A DNA stretch of 64,000 nucleotides, from the NCBI GenBank assembly GCA_951406725.2, contig OX597820.1, positions 115,816,001-115,880,000 on the forward strand, in the 5' to 3' direction. Under the pieces are notes generated by a model that did no database searches, was not told the DNA's origin, and saw only the letters and a list, made by a program, of their open reading frames with translations. The translations under genes and the position numbers were made by a program. Below are positions 11,701 to 21,300 of the stretch, in pieces (positions within the stretch are counted from its first letter, which is position 1; the number at the start of each line of letters is the position of its first letter). The DNA is from Octopus vulgaris. Lineage: Eukaryota.

Positions 11701-14700
11701 TTGATCTGCTTCAATATTTTACTATTTTCTATGATTTGTACAGAGAGTGCAAAAAAGAGGAAACGCAAGATCAGTGAAGAAAGTGTGAAAAGTGGTGATG
11801 GTAGGTTGCTTGTTCATTGGAATATATTGCTGGCATTGTTTTACTTTACTATTGTGTGATTTAATATACGGAAACACTGGACGTGGTCAATGAAATTGAC
11901 TGGGAGAAAGCTATTTTAGCCCTGGATTGCCGTACCTAACCTGCCACATTCTCACATTAAATAAGCAAAGTGTAAAAAATAAAAAGAAATAGGATATATA
12001 TATATATATATATGTGATGTATGGTTAAAGAATTTCTATAACATTCCCCACCCCACCCTAATATCATTTGATTCATTTGCAATCTAATTGATTATATTGA
12101 AGATGAGCATTAATTACAGTGTAAAGTTAACTAGTTATGCTTCCGTAAAGTTGAGGGTTTTAATTCAGTTTTTTTTTTTTTTTTTTTGTAATTTTGTGGT
12201 GAGTTGATTAATGTCCAAAATTCATTTTTATCCATTTATTAGTCACAGTACAATGGCAAGCGAGAGCATTTCTGTTTAGTTTTGTTTCATGGAAGTTTAG
12301 GAGTTTCACTTGAAGCTGGTGCTTTATATTTCTGCTTTAATGATGGAACATTAGCTTCAAATAAGATTGTTTTCTCCAAAGTTATGGCTTGTGCTTGTTG
12401 TTAGTAAAATAAAATAGACATTAGAATTTGGTATTAAAAGTGACTCAGATACTAAGAGAGTAGCTAAACCCTTTCGTTACCAACCCGGCTGAAACCATCT
12501 CTGGCTCTGTAGTACAAATGTCTTGTTTTCATAAGTTTTGAATTAAAATCTTCCACCAAACCTTAGTCACAATTTATGTTCCTAACACTAAGCTTAATGA
12601 TAACTAAAGTACTTAAAGTAATTGAAAGAAATACAGAGCATCTCAAAATACATAGAGTAACGAAAGGGTTCAAGCAAAAATCAGTCTTTTCTATAGATTC
12701 TTTATTTTCAGGTGTTTTTGTTTTCTTTTTCTTTGCTTTTGCTAGTTTTATTTGGCCAAAGTTGATTTATATTCACCATTATTGTAGTATTGTTAGAGAT
12801 TATCCTTGTTTACCCCAGCTGAACAAGAGTTGAGGATGCTTATGATCAAAAGCATTTTCTCATGACCATCCAGTCTTTATAGGGGGGTGGGGTGTCTCAG
12901 ATTACCATATTTGATGGCATAAAAGATGTACAGGCATGAGATGCATCTCAATTTCTAAAGCAGATATGCAGGAAAAACGGTTTTAGTAGATTAAAGCATA
13001 TAATCATCCTTATCATCATTTAACGTCCGTTGCCCATGCTGGCATGGGTTGGACAGTTTGACCAGGGCTACTAAGCTGAGAGACTGCACCAGCCTCCAGT
13101 CTGATTTAGCATGATTTCTATGGATGGATGCCCTTCTTAATACCAGAGAGTCTCAATTTTACATATAGGGCCCAGGGGATTTTCTTCAGCAAGAAAGTAT
13201 GCCTTATATGCCATCAATTACGGGACATTGTTTCTTTCTTTAAACCTTTTTGTCACCATATTTGAGTTAATCTTTGTTTATCCCAGCTGAAATCACAATC
13301 AAAATCAAATTCGCTGATGTGGCTGATGACAGCACCACCTGAATGGCATGGGTGCCAGTGGAACGTTAAAGCACCATCCGAGTGCGATCGTTGCCAGGGC
13401 CGCTGACTCAGTCATGTGTTGGTGGCACATAAAAGGCAACATTTGAGCGTGATTGTTGCCAGTATTGCCACTGCAGCTGGACTGGCTCCTGTGCAGGTGA
13501 CACTTAAAAGACACCATTTGAGCATGGCTGTTGCCAGTACCGCCTGACTGGCCCTTGTGCCAGTGGCACGTAAAAAGCACCCACTACACTCTTGGAGTGG
13601 TTGGCATTAGGAAGGGCATCTAACTGTAGAAACTAACTCTGTCCGATCAGATTAGAGCCTGGTGCAACCATCTGGTTCGCCAGTACTCAGTCAAACCATC
13701 CAACCCATACCAGCATGGAAAGCGGACGTTAAACGATGATGATGATTTCTGTTGCAATAAACTGCTTTTGTTACAGTTAATTTTGAAAATATGAAGAATT
13801 TAATAAAATTACTTTGTTGTAATAAAACTGGCGTTTGGAACATGGAATTTTGGTGGAAGAAGGTTTTAATTCCGAACACTTTTAAAACGGAGTTTGGGTC
13901 ATAAAATCAGAAAGTGTTTCAGGTGAGTTGGTATGAAAAGGGTCAAAGATGGTTGGGTGTGGGTCGAGGATCAAACAACCATCCAGAGACTTCTTTATTA
14001 ACTCATTTGTGAGGGTGTAGTGTGTTGGTGTAACAGACCTAAAATCTTCAGTGAGTGTTTGCTGGGAGTCAGTTGTAAGCTAAGATGTAGAGTGATGATG
14101 ATGATGATGTAGATTGATGATGATATGTGGTTAAAGTTTGTAATTTAGTGGAAAATGTCAGGAAAAACTGGTTCATATTTCATTATATAGGTTTATTGAT
14201 CATTGGGAAATATTTGATCAGTTAGGTCTGTTAATTGAGACTTGAACCTGGACACCAACTGGACGGTTGATTGCTTTCTACAGCAAAGCTTTTTGTTGGT
14301 TCTTTCAGACAAGAATAAAACCACCAAACCAAAAGGTGCACAAAGTGACAACTCACCTGCAGCAAAAGGTAATCGGTGTTGGTGCTTGATTGACCATTTT
14401 CCTGTTCACAACTATTTCCACAGTAATTCTTACTCTGGAACTGTCTCCATTCTATGTAAATTCTTTCAGAAAACAATACAGTTGTTCTAAAAATGAAGGA
14501 GCCATTATGTGAATTTCTTCATGTTGTTTCTGTATCAAAGTGTTTGTAGGACTCCACCGCTAGGAAAATAGGTTCTTCCAATTCATAACAGAAAATCCGT
14601 TTGTCTATTTCTGAAAACTCTTGGCATTCTTTGGTATTTTTGCATAAATTTCTCCCTCTTCAATATTGATGCTTTTATTTATCTTCAATAAAACTGAAAC

Positions 14701-17700
14701 AGCGTCTTGCAATATTTTTAATATTCTGATATCCTGAGAAGATATCCTTCAAATTATTATTGGACATTTAGTGTGAAAGTGTGTGTGTGTAGTTAGCAAA
14801 AATAATAATGATGGAAAAACAAAGGCATGGCGTGGGGTGCGATGCACACCCTGTGCACAGAGAGAGATCTTGCTTTTTAATTGAACTGAATTTTTTTTTA
14901 AGCATCACCATTATAGGTATTTGGTATATACCTATAGGTATATAAATACCTATATAGGTATTTATACTTTGGTGAAATTAAGGAATCAACTCGTAAATAA
15001 ATGAAACCCTCAAATCCATCAGTGTACACACACGCAGTCACATATCTATGCATGCATGTATATGCACACGACTACATGCATAGGTACACCATGATCTATA
15101 CACATGCAGATGAAGGTCAGTTCATATGAAAAAGAAAGTGAACAAAATATGACCACTTGCTTATTGGGAAAATTGTAAGTCCGATTTTTTTTTTTGTTTT
15201 TGTTAAATAATCAAAGCAAATGTTCATCATTTCGAACCACTCACCCAATGAGTATTTCTGTCAAATCTGGTGAAAATCCGTTCAGCCGTTTCCCAGTAAT
15301 TTTGCAAACACACAGACTAAGACGAGTGATTATAACCCCCTGCTTTCACTTGCGCTCACTGGGGTGAGGGGGGGTAGTCAATTTCATCAACCCCGGTGCT
15401 CAATTGTTACTTAATTTATTGACCCTGTGAAGATGAAGGGCAAAGTCAACCTCAGTGGAATTTGAACTTAGAAGATAAAACCTGAGGAAGTGTTGCTAAG
15501 CATTTGGTCTGCCATGCTAGCAATTCTGTGCTGCCTTAAAAATAATAAGGGAGAGAAGGAAATCAGTTGGTTTTATTTTAAATGTAAATCGCATGCCAAA
15601 AGTTTATAGCAATTATAAAATCTTTTGTAATTAGTTAATAAACGAAATATATAATGTGATGAAATAGATGTTTTAAAAGAATTAAGATCAAAGCACAATT
15701 TTAGTTGTCATGAACTATTTCATGAGAGGAACTTATGAATATGAGATGAACATCAACCACTTAAGTCTTTGTAACTTAGAACTTTTTTTCTATTTTTAAC
15801 ATTTTTCATTGAAAAACTAGAATAGGTATTGTACTGCAAACCAAACTGGGAGTTCAATACTTCAAAGTTGAAAGTGAACTTGAAACCTTTATTTCTTACA
15901 AAGGATTTTGTATTTTTTTTCTTAGATCCTTTTGAGAAGTATAAACTTTTGGTTATGGAATTCTCCTCACAACTATGTAATTCTTGGCTTGGTTCCATTG
16001 TGGTGCATCTTGAGTAAGAATTTTCTAGTTTAGTCTTTGATTGATGAATACTTTGTGAGGGAGGTTTGGTTGGTGGAAGCCTGCCACACATAATACACGC
16101 ATTCAGTGTGTGTATTGATGGTTGATCAAGCCACACCCAATGACTGGTGTAGCAATATAATTGTCAACTGCTACAAGAGCAAAGAAGATGTCTAAGAGAG
16201 AAATGGTTATAGGGGAACCAGACTACTGAATCAGGTTATGAAGGGGTCACAGCACAATTGACCCTTGATAATGTAGACCTGGATGAGATGCCTGAAAGAG
16301 GTACCACAGATATAGTCTACCTGGTGAGGCAACTACAGCAGAAATAGTTGGCTAAATATATACTACTCCTGGCTTTCATTGGTATGGAGAAGGTGTTTGA
16401 CAGGGTGCTATGTTCAGTAATGTAGCAAGGTGTAGATGAAATGGCTCATGACGGCTGAGGTAGCAAGGTGTAGATGAAATGGCTCATGACTGCTGAGGTA
16501 GCAAGGTGTAGATGAAATGGCTCATGACGGCTGTGCAAGCTATGTTCAAAGTTGTATTAAGTGTGGGTGAGAGTCAGCAATGATTTCAGAGAGGGTGGGA
16601 GTCCAAACTCAGTCTTTAATCCTTTCCTATTCATCATAGTCTAGTGGCCATGCTGTTCATGGACACTGATATGCTGATATTCTAGTTCCCACAGCTGAAT
16701 CTCTGAGACAAGGCAAAATAATCAAAACCTAGAACTGAGAGGTTTCAATGTAAACTTAGCAAAGATGAAGGTTTCAGTAAATAGAAAAAAAAGACAGTTA
16801 TTCTTGGGGAAATGGCTTTGCTTGGTATGCAAAAATGGAATAGGTATAAATTCTGTATATTGTACATACTGTAAGGCAAGGACACAGAAGACATGTAGTG
16901 GAATCACAGACAGACTAACAGATAACGAATATTTAAAATATTTTCAAATTATGGATGAAGTGAGGACCCAAATATTGTTTCATAATTTTTGTGTGAAGAA
17001 GAAAGAATTTCATAACACTATCTTCATCTCTTTGAGAAATTACTTAATGGAGAAATTCTTTCAGTATATTTTTTCACTGTAGGAACAATCTAGATGTTTC
17101 TGATTTTATTTTTTGATATTTTAACTGTTCACATTATGAAATTTTAAAAAAATTTTTATTTAATGTTATAGATAATAACATTATCTACATATATGATGGA
17201 TGCTCTGGCGCAGTACATACTGTGAGCACCCCAGAAATAGATTGTCTTAAGATAGCTTTTGTTAGCAAGATGTAATAGGAGGGAAGGTGATTGCTCTGAA
17301 AGTATAGCAACCAGGAGAAGAACAAGTCAGAAAGTTCAGGGAGTGTTTGCAGCAAAGGCGTTTTTTCTTGGAGAGAGGGCAGATTGTATGATGCATGTGT
17401 TAGGAGTGTAGTGTGACATGGGCTTTAAATGCATAGGACTTGAGAAAACTGGAAAGAAATGAAGTGTTGTTGGATGTGAATGTGCATGAATGACATGGTA
17501 CAAGTGTGGTGAGAGAAAATCTGGGCAGAAGAGGAATCAGATGTAGTGTGCAAGAAAGAAGACTGCACTGGTATGGACATGCGATGCATATAGATAAGGA
17601 CATCTCTCTTTATTTAGAAGTGCCGATCACTGAATGTGGATGGAGTTTGCAAAAGGGGACCCAGGAAGATTCAGTACAAAGTAATGAAGATTGATTTCAG

Positions 17701-18331
17701 GACCCTGTGGAGGAGATAAGAAGTGACTGGGATGGCTGGTGATATGTGGCCCTTGAAGAAACACATCCAAATTGGCACCCATCAGCTGTCTGCAGCTTTC
17801 CTTTGATTACACCACTTCTCCTCGCCATCCAGAGCCACATCCTTCTACTCTCCTCTCCAAGCTGTATTTGCTTTAGTTTCAACACACAGTCTCAGATGAA
17901 ATCCCTTGACAGCTTCATGCATTTTCAAAATATAATTTCTGTTTTAGAGAAAAAGAAGAAGAGATCTAAGAGAAGGAAGGGTTCGAAGGCTGATGATAAA
18001 CCCAAAGAGATGATTTTGGGTGAAGATGAAGCAACTACAGAAAAAAAGGCGAAGCAATTCTTAAATGTTTGGTACACAAATAAGACTGAATGGAATTTTG
18101 TAAAAGCCCGTCAGAACTGGTTGGTTCATCATATGTATGATCCTGAAAAGGTCAGTTTTCATGACATTTTAACTTCCTTGCTTTAACCATTATAAAATGG
18201 TCACAGTTAGTGATTTATTAATTACCATTGAATATTTAATATGTACAGGTGTAGCCATGTGGTGTAGGAATTTGCTTCCCAACCACATGGTTTCAGGTTC
18301 AGGCCCAGTGTGTGACACTTTGAGCAAGTGT

Positions 18332-18366
<35 letters not shown>

Positions 18367-21300
18367 ACCATGCCCGCCACAACAGAATCGAGATCCTAAA
18401 ACGAAGGTGCCACATAAAAAGCGTTGGTGTGGATGCTGGTACCATGTCAAAATCACCCAGTATACATTGGAAAGTGATTGAGATTAGGAAGGGCCTCCAG
18501 CCATAGAAACCACACCAAACAGACTATGGAACCTAGTATGTCCCCTGGCCTTGCCAGTTCCTGTTGATCTGTCCAAACCATGGCAGTATGGAAAACGGAT
18601 GTTATATGTTGATGATGTTCTAAACCTAATCCTAATCTTCCAGCTTTTTTCCCTATAAATTCAAATTCTATTGAAATTATCGTTAATGTCCTGCTTATAT
18701 TTTCAGATCCCTGACACAACATTTCAGACTTTACTCAAGTACCTTGCTGGCATGAAAGGTCGTAGCCGAGAGGAAACTAAGAAGCAAGCACAGAGCTTGT
18801 TGGATGCCGTTACCAAAGACAAAAACGCACTTCATAAAAAAATCAAGTTGTCTGGTAAGTTAAGGATTCCTGTATAATTTACAGATTTTTAATTAAAGAT
18901 ATTTTTCACCTGAAAGTTTTGTAGTCTGCTGGAGGTTGAGTTTTCATGTTAAACCATTGAGAGATTCTACAAAATGTTGTGAATGTTTATACGATTCATC
19001 CAAGTCGTTGGACGTTAAAAAACATGGGTCTATGACATTTTGGCACACAGCCATTCAGGCATTGCCTATTTGGTGGTGCTGATTCAATGCTGACTTATTT
19101 GACATCAGGCATTAATCTTAAACCTTTAGCATTTAAACCAGCCATATCCAGCCAAAATATCCTGTTTTATATTCAAACCTGCCAGATCCAACCTCTCATA
19201 CCTACCCTACAATGTCATTCTAAAAATATGCAATTGTATCATAGAAATCTTGAAGCTCCAAGATAATATATGATTAATCCAAAACAAAGTGGATTAATAA
19301 GCATTAGATTTGACAATAATCTGGATGCTAAAGGATTAATCTTCAATATTTCTCTCGTTCTTTCTCTTCTTCTCTCTTTAGGCATGTGGCCTAGTGTGTC
19401 ATGCTCACGATCTTGCAACCATGGTTTCGATTCCCAGACTGGATGTGCACCGTGTTCTTGAGCCAAAAAAATGTCATTTCGCGTTGCTCCAGTCCACTCA
19501 GCTGTAAATGTGTGACCACCCTGTGACCGATTGGTGTGCTAGGGTGATAGGGTGACTCAGGAGAATCCCCTAAACGGAGGTCTTGTGAGCCCCGTTTTGT
19601 ATTTGGCAATTGAAAGGATGAATTGTACAACCCATTCAGTGAATCCCATTTGGTTGGTACAGGTTCAGCATCTCTCTCTCTCCCTCTCCATATTTCTCTC
19701 TATGTGTATGAGGAGAGGGAGAGTGTTTACATCAGTTGTGCTCAATTAATAATCTCTTACTCTCTCTCTCTCTCTCTCTCTACTTATGACACTTGTGAAG
19801 ACCTGTTGAGGCAAGTGAAAATCAAAATCAAATCAAATCAAATCAAACCAAATCAAAATAGATGAACATCAATGGAATTTGTATCTTTGTGGTACCAGTA
19901 CCGGTGGCACACAAGAAAACCATCCGAACGTGGCCGTAGCCAGTACCGCATCGACTGGCCTCTGTGATGTGGGCACATAACAAACACCATCCGATCGTGG
20001 CCGTCCGCCAGCCTCATCTGGCACCTGTGTCGGTGGCACATAAAAACACCAACCGAAGACCCGGCAAGACTAGTCAGGCCATAACCCATGGCCCCTACTT
20101 GGGACGTAGTCAGTCCACCTGTGCATACCTTCCTTCCTTCTTGTGACACTTGTGAAGACCTGTTGAGGCAAGTGAGAATCAAATCAAATCAAATCAAAAT
20201 AGATGAACATCAATGGAACTTGTATCTTGTGGTACCAGTGCCGGTGGCACACAAGAAAACCATCCGAACGTGGCCGTAGCCAGTACCGCATCGACTGGCC
20301 TCCGTGCAGTGGGCACGCAACAAACACCATCCGATCATGGCCGTTCGCCAGCCTCATCTGGCACCTGTGTCGGTGGCACATAAAAACACCATCCGAAGAC
20401 CCGGCAAGACTAGTCAGGCCATAACCCGTGGCCCCTACCTGGGACGTAGTCAGTCCACCTGTGCATACCTTCCTTCTTGTGACACTTGTGAAGACCTGTT
20501 GAGGCAAGTGAAAATCAAATCAAATCAAAACAAATCAAAATAGATGAGCATCAATGGAATTTGTATCTTTGTGGTACCAGTGCCGGTGGCACACAAGAAA
20601 ATCATCCGAACGTGGCCGTAGCCAGTACCGCATAGACTGGCCTCCATGCTTTGGGGACGTAACAAACACCATCCGATCGTGGCCGTCCGCCAGCCTCATC
20701 TGGCACCTGTGTCGGTGGCACATAAAAACACCATCCGAGCGTGGCCGTCTGCCAGCTTCGTCTGGCACCTGTGTCGGTGGCACATAAAAACACCATCAGA
20801 GCGTGGCCGTTCGCCAGCCTCGTCTGGCACCTGTGTCGGTGGCACATAAAATAAACCACTACACTCTCGGAGTGGTTGGCGTTAGGAAGGGCATCCAGCT
20901 GTAGAAACACTGCCAGATCTGACTGGCCTGGTGCAGCCTTCGGGCTCCCCAGACCCCAGTTGAACCGTCCAACCCATGCTAGCATGGAAAAAGGACGCTA
21001 AATGATGATGATGATGATGATGTGTGTGTGTGTGTTTTTTTTTTTTCTTGTCTCCATTGCAAAACCATACTACTACCAACACAGACTGAATGTCTGGCTG
21101 AAAAAAACAAACCAATGGTGATATTGGAAAGTGACCAATGTAGAATGGGTTTGGAATGAAATAATCCAGACACAAGGGCTGAAATTTTTTTGGGGGGAAG
21201 GGAAGATGATTGCATTGACCCCAGCATGCAACTGGTACTTTATTTTCTCAACCCTGAAAGGAAGAAAGACCAAGTTGACCATGGTGAAATTTGAACACAG

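Noticed and set aside
20660-20852. CRISPR-like regularly spaced palindromic repeats
   Set aside because: The 'spacers' are near-identical to each other, the array lies inside a SINE, no cas genes are present and the DNA is eukaryotic
19853-20985. Cluster of 60-127-aa ORFs with repeated CHRHRCQ motifs
   Set aside because: Products of the tandem SINE array read in several frames and on both strands; not coding
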